DNA from: Clostridia bacterium
GTDB taxonomy: Bacteria; Bacillota; Clostridia; Oscillospirales; CAG-272
Direction of reading: 5' to 3'
DNA length: 64,000 nucleotides
Assembly (NCBI GenBank): GCA_017621415.1
Contig: JAGATD010000057.1
Span: forward strand, 1,021 to 65,020
In this document: one piece after another, positions 1 through 7,519 of the stretch
Position numbering within the stretch: the first letter of the stretch is position 1
Layout: every line of letters begins with the position of its first letter
Notes under the pieces: generated by a model
What the model was told of the DNA's origin: nothing
What the model saw: the letters and a program-made list of their open reading frames with translations, nothing else
Databases searched by the model: none
Translations under genes and position numbers: made by a program

Positions 1-60
1 AAACTCCCACAAAAATTCCTAGCTTAAAACGAGTGTTAGATTCACATTTTTGTTCGATAT

Positions 61-93
61 ATAGCGGAACGGTTCACCGTTCCGCTATTTTTT
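61..93 (+). terminator. Rho-independent terminator of an off-window upstream + strand gene
   Basis: Perfect 12-bp stem ATAGCGGAACGG/CCGTTCCGCTAT (61-72/77-88) with a 4-nt loop, followed by a T-run. Confidence 0.75.
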
Positions 94-132
94 GTTGTTA
101 GGCGAAGTGTCCTATAAAGAGTACTTTAATAT

Positions 133-160
133 TGACTTGAAAATCTTTTTGTGGTACAAT
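133..160 (+). promoter_or_regulatory. Sigma-A type promoter for the WYL regulator gene
   Basis: TTGACT (133-138), 16-nt spacer, TGgTACAAT extended -10 (152-160). Lies 30 nt upstream of ATG 191. Confidence 0.5.
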
Positions 161-190
161 TACATTATCAATAAAAAGGGGTAACCGATT

Positions 191-1180
191 ATGCCGCGTT
201 CAGAAAAACAAAAGGGTAAGCTGTTTAGGCTTATGGAAATACTAATGAGGGAAACAGATGACACTCACGGTCTTTCGATGCCCGAAATTATTACTGCGCT
301 TTCCGAATACGGTATATCTGCCGAGAGAAAAAGCATTTATGATGATATAATAACCCTCGGTGAGCTTGGGATTGACGTTATTACCTTGCCCACAAGACCG
401 CCAAAATATTCTCTTTCAAGTCGCAGCTTTGATATGGCAGAGTTGAAAATTCTTGCCGATGCCGTTGCTTCATCAAAATTTGTAACGGCAGAAAAGAGCC
501 GCGAGATAATTGACAAGCTCCGCCATTTTGCGGGCAAACATAGGGCAGGCGAGCTTTCGAGACAGGTGTATGTCGAGGACAGGATAAAGACAATGAACGA
601 TGCTGTTCCAGAGAACATAGAGCTTTTACATAAGGCGATAAATGAGAATAAAAAAATAACATTCAGATATTTTGATTACGGAATAAACAAGCAGAGGGTA
701 TACCGTCACGACGGCGCTCTGTATGTTACAAGTCCTGTATCTCTTGTAAGAAATGATGAGAATTATTATCTTGTTGCCTATGACGAGAGGGAGGGGACAA
801 ACAAAAACTTCCGCATTGACAAAATGGCGGATATAAATTTAAGCGAAGAGAAAAGAAGCAAGGAGTCGACCCTCGACCGCTTTAACCCTGCGGCATATTC
901 CAACAAGGTTTTCGGAATGTATGGGGGCAGAGAGGAGCTTGTCACCCTTGAATGCCGTGAGAGGCTGTCGGGAGTTATAGTTGACCGCTTTGGCATAGAG
1001 CACACCTTTATAAAAAGTGATTTCGGCTTTAGGGTATCCCTCCGAGTAATGCTCAGCCCAAACTTTTATGCCTGGGTGCTTGGCTTTGGCAAGGATATGC
1101 GTATAATTGCTCCTGAGGCGGTTAAAAACGAGCTGCTCACCCGCCTTAGTGAGATAAAGGAGATATACGAGAATGAGTAA
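191..1180 (+). CDS. WYL-domain transcriptional regulator (N-terminal winged HTH + WYL + C-terminal extension)
   Basis: 329-aa ORF. N-terminal HTH-like segment LFRLMEILMRE..GLSMPEIITALSEYGISAERKSIYDDI. WYL-type signature YYLVAYDEREGTNKNFRIDKM. Overlaps the next gene by 8 nt. Confidence 0.8.
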   Translation: MPRSEKQKGKLFRLMEILMRETDDTHGLSMPEIITALSEYGISAERKSIYDDIITLGELGIDVITLPTRPPKYSLSSRSFDMAELKILADAVASSKFVTAEKSREIIDKLRHFAGKHRAGELSRQVYVEDRIKTMNDAVPENIELLHKAINENKKITFRYFDYGINKQRVYRHDGALYVTSPVSLVRNDENYYLVAYDEREGTNKNFRIDKMADINLSEEKRSKESTLDRFNPAAYSNKVFGMYGGREELVTLECRERLSGVIVDRFGIEHTFIKSDFGFRVSLRVMLSPNFYAWVLGFGKDMRIIAPEAVKNELLTRLSEIKEIYENE

Positions 1181-1823
1181 ATACAAGGTTATCGCCTTTG
1201 ACCTTGACGGCACATTAACAAATCCCGAGAGAGGTCAGCTTACAGGCTTTGAATACGCTTTTAAAAAGCACGGTATATCCTATCCGTCAAGAGAATGGCT
1301 AAAAAGGTATATAGGTCCTCCCATACATGACTTTTGGCAGAGGGATTTCTCACTTTCGCTTGAAAAGGTAATAGAGATGATAGAGACCTACCGTGAATAC
1401 TACAATGTTTACGGCTTTCGTGAAAACGATATATACGAGGGGATACACGAAATGCTCTCTCAGCTTAAAGAGAGGGGATATACTCTTGTGGTGGCAACAG
1501 GTAAGCCCGAGCAGATTGCCAAGAGAATATTATCGCTTTTTGACCTTAGTAAGTATTTTGATTTTATAGGCGGCGCCAGCGAGGACGACTCCCGCCACAG
1601 AAAGGCTGATATATTAAAATACACTCTTGATGCGGTTGGAGCCTCCCCTGAAAGAGCTGTGCTTATCGGCGACCGAAAATTTGATGCCGAGGGAGCTTTA
1701 GCCATCGGAGCCGACTCTATCGGTGTAACATGGGGTCACGGTTCGGAAGCAGAGCTTGAAGCTGCGGGATTTACCGCCATAGCCAAATCCCCGAAAGAAG
1801 TGGTAAAATATATAACAAAATAA
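1173..1823 (+). CDS. HAD-superfamily hydrolase (phosphoglycolate phosphatase-like, subfamily IA)
   Basis: 216 aa. Motif I FDLDGTLTN, TGKPEQ lysine motif, motif IV GDRKFD. Confidence 0.85.
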   Translation: MSKYKVIAFDLDGTLTNPERGQLTGFEYAFKKHGISYPSREWLKRYIGPPIHDFWQRDFSLSLEKVIEMIETYREYYNVYGFRENDIYEGIHEMLSQLKERGYTLVVATGKPEQIAKRILSLFDLSKYFDFIGGASEDDSRHRKADILKYTLDAVGASPERAVLIGDRKFDAEGALAIGADSIGVTWGHGSEAELEAAGFTAIAKSPKEVVKYITK

Positions 1824-1825
1824 AG

Positions 1826-1864
1826 AAAAAATCAGAAAAGCCCAAAAGCTTTCCTGATTTTTTT
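1826..1864. terminator. Bidirectional terminator between convergent HAD gene and fbp
   Basis: 13-bp stem AAATCAGAAAAGC/GCTTTCCTGATTT (1829-1841/1848-1860, one mismatch), flanked by an A-run and a T-run. Confidence 0.7.
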
Positions 1865-3806
1865 ATGGGAGGCCTAACCGACTATTCGTGCCCTCTGCAA
1901 TCTCACCCTTTTCGTATGCTTCCTTTAGCAGCATAAGGTCGGCAATCTTGTCAACAATTTTTGCGCCCTCATCGGTGGATATAACCTTGATTTTTTCCTT
2001 TGCGGTTTCAAACACCGCGGTATCATAGGCGATGTCGGCATTTTTTTCTACCGCAGCCTCTATACCGGGAAATGGATTGTGAGCGGAAATCCTCATTCCG
2101 TCGGAATTGTAAATGAGGGTATAGCCTGCAATTCCCGTACGTCCTAAAAATGCGTGACAAAAGCCGCCGTCAATCAGTATAAGCCTGCCTCCTGCCTTTA
2201 TTGGATTTTCGCCCCTCTTTACTGGGATATGACCGTTTATTATATGCGAGCGCTCTCCAAAAAGCCCGAATTCTTCAAGGACCTTTTCTGCAAGGGAGGG
2301 GCTTTCCCAAATCTTGTAATAGGGATTTTTTGGCTCCTTGTGGGTCTTGCTGTCAGAAATAAATATTCTCTCAAAGGTGGTAATTTTTTCTCTGCCTGAG
2401 AGGGGGGAATTTCTGCCGCACCACAAAAACCACATAAAATCAAGAGCTTTGGCTTTTTCCTCTGTACCAAGAGGGGCAAAAAAGGCAAGCCGTGCCATAC
2501 TGTCGCAATAATCCATAAGCTCTCGTCCCTGTCTGCCTCCCGCAGCCTCGAGAGGGAGAAATTCACCCGAATTATCCATCGGAATGCAGCCGTGAAAAAT
2601 AAGATTTCGGTTATAAACCTTATATATACTGCCGCTTTTATATAAAAACGAAATATGTCTTTCCAGTTTTTCAGAGCTTAAAAAAGCGCTGACTAAATAT
2701 CTTTTTACAGCTTCCTCCCTTTCGGTCAGCTTATAGGGTGAGCTTTTGTCCACTGTAACAAAACAGCGAGAGGGAATCTGATATTCAACACCGTTAAGAC
2801 CGATTTTGTTGTCCCTGATTTTGTCAAGAAGCAACCTTTCGTTCATGCCGAATTCAGGATTTCTCAGTATAGCCTGTCCCTCAAGCTTCCACATCATAAT
2901 TGCCACAGTGCAGCGCATAGCCGCAGTCAGCTCGTCGCTGCCGCTTAAAATCAGCCTGCCCCCATCGTCACCCTTGGGAAGAAAGGGGATAAGAGCCTCG
3001 CCACGATAGGTCTTTTCTGCAAATTCGGCAAGGGGTCGCAGAGATATACCGTACCCTACCTCTAAAAAATCAAGATTTCGGTAGCTTAGAGAATTAAAAA
3101 GAGCGCCCATAATACAAAGAGCCGAGCCCGATGCCGCACCCATCCACAAAATATCGTGGTTTCCCCATTGAATATCCACATTAGTTTCGTTAGAAAGCTC
3201 CTCAAGAATTTTGTCAGGTCTTGGTCCGCGGTCAAAAATATCGCCCACTATATGAAGCCTGTCAACCGCAAGACGGCGAATCGCCATGGAAAGGGAAAAA
3301 ATGAAGTCTCGCTCCTTTTTTATTCTTAAGACTGTTTTTACGGTATATTCCAGGTCGGATGAGGAACTGTACATTAGCTCGTATATTATCTGCCCAAGCT
3401 TTCCCGTTTCTGAAAGTGTTGACCTGACCCTCTCTCTTGTGTACTTTTCGCTTATTAACCTGAGAACAGAAAAAAGTTTTTTAATTATAGCTTCGGCCTC
3501 TTCCTTACGAAGACCCTCAAGCTTTTTTTCAGGGTAATAAATAAGAGTTGCAAGTCTTGCCCGCTCATTATCGGAAAGCTCGTTGTTAAAAAGCAGGTCA
3601 ATCTTTCGTCTGATAACCCCCGATGCAGACCGCCTTATATGCGAATATGCGTCATATTCACCGTGCAAATCGCTTAAAAAATGCTCTGTGCCCTTAGGCA
3701 GGGTGAGCCGTGACGCAAGGCTTATCACCTCGGCTGCGGCCGCGTCGGCGCTTACGTATTTTTCGGCTAAAACAGAAAGATATTTCTTTTCATTTACATC
3801 AAGCAT
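1863..3806 (-). CDS. fbp: Fructose-1,6-bisphosphatase, class 3
   Basis: Long ORF with metallophosphoesterase-type motifs LSDLHGEYD, GDIFDRGPRPD and WGNHD, and a length typical of Firmicute class-3 FBPase. Start placed at ATG 3806 (MLDVNEKKY), which has a GGAG RBS 8 nt upstream. The track's GTG at 3836 has no RBS. Confidence 0.9.
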   Translation of the reverse strand: MLDVNEKKYLSVLAEKYVSADAAAAEVISLASRLTLPKGTEHFLSDLHGEYDAYSHIRRSASGVIRRKIDLLFNNELSDNERARLATLIYYPEKKLEGLRKEEAEAIIKKLFSVLRLISEKYTRERVRSTLSETGKLGQIIYELMYSSSSDLEYTVKTVLRIKKERDFIFSLSMAIRRLAVDRLHIVGDIFDRGPRPDKILEELSNETNVDIQWGNHDILWMGAASGSALCIMGALFNSLSYRNLDFLEVGYGISLRPLAEFAEKTYRGEALIPFLPKGDDGGRLILSGSDELTAAMRCTVAIMMWKLEGQAILRNPEFGMNERLLLDKIRDNKIGLNGVEYQIPSRCFVTVDKSSPYKLTEREEAVKRYLVSAFLSSEKLERHISFLYKSGSIYKVYNRNLIFHGCIPMDNSGEFLPLEAAGGRQGRELMDYCDSMARLAFFAPLGTEEKAKALDFMWFLWCGRNSPLSGREKITTFERIFISDSKTHKEPKNPYYKIWESPSLAEKVLEEFGLFGERSHIINGHIPVKRGENPIKAGGRLILIDGGFCHAFLGRTGIAGYTLIYNSDGMRISAHNPFPGIEAAVEKNADIAYDTAVFETAKEKIKVISTDEGAKIVDKIADLMLLKEAYEKGEIAEGTNSRLGLP

Positions 3807-3858
3807 AAAAAAAGCTCCGTTACAGTAGGATTTCACCTAAATTATAACGGAGCTTTTT
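3807..3858. terminator. Terminator hairpin of ppiB that abuts the fbp start codon
   Basis: 14-bp stem 3809-3822/3845-3858 (AAAAAGCTCCGTTA/TAACGGAGCTTTTT) with a 22-nt loop. A and T runs lie on both sides. On the minus strand the U-tract runs directly into the fbp ATG, and the fbp GGAG lies in the stem. Confidence 0.7.
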
Positions 3859-3862
3859 GTTT

Positions 3863-4333
3863 TTATACGAGATAAGCCTTTTTAATTCTGACACCAATCT
3901 TGGGTCTGTCGTTATAGTCGGTGGGGATAGATGCTATCTCGTCAACCACCTCTATACCCGAAATAACCTTGCCGAATGCCGCGTACTGACCGTCAAGATG
4001 AGGCGCATCGGCATGCATAATAAAGAACTGGGAGGATGCGGAGTTGGGGTCAAAGGCACGAGCCATAGATATAACACCTCTTGTGTGCTTTATTTGGTTG
4101 TTATGTCCGTTTGCTCTAAACTCGCCCTTAATATTCTCCTTAGCGCCGCCCATTCCGTTTCCGAGAGGGTCTCCGCCCTGAATCATAAATCCGGGAATTA
4201 CTCTGTGGAATGTGAGTCCGTCATAAAATCCCTCCGAAACAAGCTTTTCAAAGTTCTTTACGGTTACGGGAGCCGCATCGGGGTAGAGCTCAAGCTCAAT
4301 TTTACCGCCGTTTTCCATTTCGATTACTACCAT
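3863..4333 (-). CDS. ppiB: Peptidyl-prolyl cis-trans isomerase, cyclophilin type
   Basis: 156 aa. FHRVIPGFMIQGGDP and SMARAFDPNSASSQFFI cyclophilin signatures. Confidence 0.93.
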   Translation of the reverse strand: MVVIEMENGGKIELELYPDAAPVTVKNFEKLVSEGFYDGLTFHRVIPGFMIQGGDPLGNGMGGAKENIKGEFRANGHNNQIKHTRGVISMARAFDPNSASSQFFIMHADAPHLDGQYAAFGKVISGIEVVDEIASIPTDYNDRPKIGVRIKKAYLV

Positions 4334-4416
4334 TTTTTTGTTCTCCTTTTTAAGATTGTTATATTTTAATAAAAATTGCTTATAATTGTTTTAGAAAGGC
4401 TTATCGGAGGCAGGGA

Positions 4417-5481
4417 ATGAATAAAGAAAAGCTCGAATATACAGTTTTAATTATTATAGGCATAATAGGAGCCGGATTTATCGGATTTATGCTTATGGGA
4501 TATATCCTGCCTCTCCTGTCTCCGTTCATAATAGCCTGGTTTGCGGCATTTGCGGTAAGAGGCCCTGCTGACAAGATTTCATCCAAAGTAAAGATAAGCC
4601 CCCGTGTAGTAAGACCTGTAATTGCAATAGGGGCGGTAATACTTGCTTTTTGCGCTGCCGCATTTCTTATATATGGCTTTGTTGATGTTATCAGCCAAGC
4701 CCTTTCGGATATTGCGGACAGGGGGGAGCTCTATATGTTTTTATCGGGTTTTTCTTCTCCGAGCCTGCCATTTATCGAGGGCAGAGTCCCTGAGGGAGTA
4801 GCCGAGGGAATAAGAGATGCGGTAAGAGAGCTGCTTTCGTCACTTCTTTCACTTCTCGGAGGTATCATAACGTCGGCGGTAAGCTTCTTGCCCAAGGCGC
4901 TTATATTCCTCGTTATAACTATTATATCGCTGATTTATTTTTCCATAGATCTTGAAAAAATCAACAGATTTGTAAAATCGGTTTTGCCTGAGAAAACAGG
5001 AAACAAGCTTTCGGCTCTGAGAACTAAGCTTTTTGATGTTGTAGGCAAATATGTAAAGTCTTATTTACAAATAATGCTGATTACCTTTGCGTTGCTTCTT
5101 TTTGGTTTCTTGATAATAGGCATTAAGAATGCTGTTATAATTGCCGCTTTGGTGGCACTTCTTGACCTTTTGCCTGTTCTCGGTGTTGGTGTTGTGCTTG
5201 TGCCCTGGAGCATTTTTTCTTTCGCTATCGGAAAGGGCGGCGTGGGTGTTGGACTTGTCGTTTTGTTTGTCGCTTATACTGTAATACGTGAGCTCATAGA
5301 GCCGAAAATTCTGGGTAAAAGTCTTGATATGCACCCGATAGTCACACTTATCAGCCTTTATATCGGCTTTGCCTTGTTTGGGGTGATGGGGCTTGTTGTT
5401 TTACCCTTAGCCTCGGTTCTTATAGGAGCGTTATTCAAGAAAGATAAGTCCCCCAAGGTCGGTGAGGGGCAGGTCGGTTAG
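4417..5481 (+). CDS. ytvI: AI-2E/PerM family membrane protein, YtvI-like (sporulation integral membrane protein)
   Basis: 354 aa with about 8 hydrophobic segments. The C-terminal conserved core (LLDLLPVLGVGVVLVPW) is typical of the AI-2E transporter family. Confidence 0.75.
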   Translation: MNKEKLEYTVLIIIGIIGAGFIGFMLMGYILPLLSPFIIAWFAAFAVRGPADKISSKVKISPRVVRPVIAIGAVILAFCAAAFLIYGFVDVISQALSDIADRGELYMFLSGFSSPSLPFIEGRVPEGVAEGIRDAVRELLSSLLSLLGGIITSAVSFLPKALIFLVITIISLIYFSIDLEKINRFVKSVLPEKTGNKLSALRTKLFDVVGKYVKSYLQIMLITFALLLFGFLIIGIKNAVIIAALVALLDLLPVLGVGVVLVPWSIFSFAIGKGGVGVGLVVLFVAYTVIRELIEPKILGKSLDMHPIVTLISLYIGFALFGVMGLVVLPLASVLIGALFKKDKSPKVGEGQVG

Positions 5482-6144
5482 CGATACGGGAGTAAAGCCA
5501 TGGCGCTCGGCAGCCTCTTTAATTACAGAAGCCGAGGGGTGTGCATTGTAGTCGCCGATAAAGTAAATCTTATCCTTATAAACGCCCGATGCTCCGCCGA
5601 TAAAGCCGTACTCGTAAGGCGGAAGAGATATTCCGCCTGTTTCAATAAGATAAGAGTCAATACCGGAGCTTAAAAACGCTTTGTGCATTCCTGCATCTCC
5701 GGTTATTGCAGCCGACCCGAATGTGAGACTCGAGCAGGCAGGGTAGCCCTGTGAAACGTTTACTATACTGTACCCAAGGCTTTGAGAATAGTCCTTTATA
5801 GCCTCAGAAACGCTTTTTTCTCTTGCAAACAGGCGACAGTTATGTATTTTTGCGTTCATTTTGCAGTCAAGAGGATATTTTTCCCCAAGTTCGTCTGCCG
5901 AAAATATAAGCTTTATGTCAGGATGTCTGTCTCTTATATCGGTGAAAACATAGGGGGCAATCTCGCAGTATTCGGATGGAGCGATAAGGATATTGTGATG
6001 ATAAAAAATGAGACTGTCGGGGTGGGATGAGATTGCCGTCGGAAGCGACGGATGAGAGGGCAGACGAATAGGGTAAAATCCGTGAAGCGAAAGAGCTCGC
6101 TCGCACTCGTCGCTCATTCTTCCGTCTATTAAAACACTTGTCAT
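5431..6144 (-). CDS. Conserved hypothetical protein (237 aa)
   Basis: ATG 6144 is preceded by AAGGAGG with a 5-nt spacer. Soluble-looking protein. I cannot assign a family by eye. The 3' end overlaps the ytvI-like gene by 51 nt. Confidence 0.7.
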   Translation of the reverse strand: MTSVLIDGRMSDECERALSLHGFYPIRLPSHPSLPTAISSHPDSLIFYHHNILIAPSEYCEIAPYVFTDIRDRHPDIKLIFSADELGEKYPLDCKMNAKIHNCRLFAREKSVSEAIKDYSQSLGYSIVNVSQGYPACSSLTFGSAAITGDAGMHKAFLSSGIDSYLIETGGISLPPYEYGFIGGASGVYKDKIYFIGDYNAHPSASVIKEAAERHGFTPVSLTDLPLTDLGGLIFLE

Positions 6145-6191
6145 ACAATCCTCCTTTTCTCACCGGATTATCTAAATATCCCCGAAAAATC

Positions 6192-6220
6192 AAAAAACTC
6201 TGCCTTTTAGCAGAGTTTTT
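6192..6220 (-). terminator. rpmB terminator
   Basis: Stem AAAAACTCTGC/GCAGAGTTTTT with a 6-nt loop, immediately downstream of the rpmB stop on the minus strand. A/T runs on both sides. Confidence 0.7.
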
Positions 6221-6226
6221 GACACC

Positions 6227-6412
6227 TTAGATACGCTCAACCTTTCCTGAGCGAAGGCAACGGGAGCAAACATAAACGGTAGTGTTAGCGCCGTTAACTT
6301 TAGCTTTAACTCTACGAATGTTGGGCTTCCAGGTTCTGTTGGTCTTACGGTTAGAGTGAGACACGTTGTGTCCGAAGGTAACGCCCTTACCGCAGATACT
6401 GCACTTAGCCAT
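6227..6412 (-). CDS. rpmB: 50S ribosomal protein L28
   Basis: 61 aa. MAKCSICGKGVTFGHNVSHSNRKTNRTWKPNIRRVK is the canonical L28 sequence pattern. Confidence 0.97.
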   Translation of the reverse strand: MAKCSICGKGVTFGHNVSHSNRKTNRTWKPNIRRVKAKVNGANTTVYVCSRCLRSGKVERI

Positions 6413-6490
6413 TTTGACACCTCCAAAAATCCCGCTCTTTCGAGCGTAATTTTATATATTTTTATTTGATTACACAAATCAGCAGATGTT

Positions 6491-6519
6491 ATTATATCAT
6501 ACCAAATCGAAAAAAGCAA
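6491..6519 (-). promoter_or_regulatory. rpmB promoter
   Basis: On the minus strand: TTGCTT (6514-6519), 17 nt, TGaTATAAT (-10 at 6491-6496). Confidence 0.55.
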
Positions 6520-6557
6520 GTAGTTTTTCAAAAAAAAAGAAAAAATTGTAAAAGCTA

Positions 6558-6586
6558 TTTATTTTGACTTATATTTGTGATATAAT
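6558..6586 (+). promoter_or_regulatory. Candidate extended -10 promoter for the Cof-type hydrolase gene
   Basis: TGaTATAAT at 6578-6586. The -35 is only weak (TTTATT, 6558-6563) at 17-nt spacing. Confidence 0.4.
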
Positions 6587-6618
6587 ATTGAAAAATATTG
6601 TAATATAAGGAATAAAAA

Positions 6619-7446
6619 ATGAACAAATATAAGGTGGTCGTCAGCGACCTTGACGGAACACTTCTTGATAACGATAAAAAAATAAGCAAGGAAAATTCTC
6701 TCGCCATATGTGAAATGACAGATATGGGAGTTGATTTTGTTGCATCCTCGGGCAGATGCCTTTCCGAGATGCCAAAGGAGGTTATGAATAATCCTCATAT
6801 AAGGTATGTTTCCTGCTCAGACGGCGCTGTGATATACGATAAGACCACAGGTGAAGCTATTGTAAAAAACTATTTGCCCCGTGAGGTGGCGAAAAAATGT
6901 GTCGACATTCTTCGCGATTATGAGATATTACCGATGACTCATATAAACGGCGGTCTTTATATCGACCGCGACAGATTTGACCACGAAATATATGCATACA
7001 ACAACGTGACAGCGCCCTTTGAGCGTCTTATGGGAGAGATTGGTATTCGCATCCGGGATTGCCTTACGGAAACCGAAAAATCGGATGAATCCGAGCTTTT
7101 GTGCGTTTTCTTCCATTCTCAGACAGAGCTGGAAGAGTGTGTTGAAAGACTTCTTCAGCTTGGAGAGGTGAAAATCGCCTCATCCGAGGAATACAATATT
7201 GAGATATATCACAAGAACGCAGGTAAGGGCAGGGCGCTTTATCCTCTTGCCGAATTTCTTGGATGCGATATCTCCGAGATAATTGCCGTCGGTGACTCGA
7301 AAAATGATTTTGAAATGGTGACGGAAGCGGGGCTTGGTTTGGCAATGAGTAATTCCATGCCGGAGCTTCTCGAGATTGCGGACAAGGTCATTTGCTCAAA
7401 CCTTGAGCACTCTGCAAAATTTATCCTTGAAAATTACATTAAATAA
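6619..7446 (+). CDS. Cof-type HAD-IIB family hydrolase (sugar phosphatase-like)
   Basis: 275 aa. Motif I SDLDGTLLD, motif IV GDSKNDFEM, large cap domain between them. Confidence 0.88.
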   Translation: MNKYKVVVSDLDGTLLDNDKKISKENSLAICEMTDMGVDFVASSGRCLSEMPKEVMNNPHIRYVSCSDGAVIYDKTTGEAIVKNYLPREVAKKCVDILRDYEILPMTHINGGLYIDRDRFDHEIYAYNNVTAPFERLMGEIGIRIRDCLTETEKSDESELLCVFFHSQTELEECVERLLQLGEVKIASSEEYNIEIYHKNAGKGRALYPLAEFLGCDISEIIAVGDSKNDFEMVTEAGLGLAMSNSMPELLEIADKVICSNLEHSAKFILENYIK

Positions 7447-7462
7447 TAGAATTTATAAGACG

Positions 7463-7494
7463 AGCCTCTCATACCTTGTTATGAGGGGCTTTTT
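7463..7494 (+). terminator. Rho-independent terminator after the Cof hydrolase gene
   Basis: 11-bp stem AGCCTCTCATA/TATGAGGGGCT (one G-U pair) with a 6-nt loop and a T-run. Ends 26 nt before the spoVB-like start. Confidence 0.7.
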
Positions 7495-7519
7495 CTATTT
7501 TTCCCTCGGAGCGAGGCTT

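Noticed and set aside
6564-6569. Perfect TTGACT hexamer upstream of the Cof hydrolase gene as a -35 element.
   Set aside because: It lies only 11 nt from the TATAAT box, which is too close for sigma-A spacing. The promoter is more likely driven by the extended -10 element.
7376-7519. N-terminal extensions given by the ORF track. These are at 7376 and similarly at 16563, 25548, 48256, 52031, 58160, 31783, 3836, 25558 and 26168.
   Set aside because: The upstream in-frame starts lack an RBS, overlap neighbouring genes or terminators, and add non-conserved residues. Internal starts with good RBSs and canonical N-terminal motifs were used instead.
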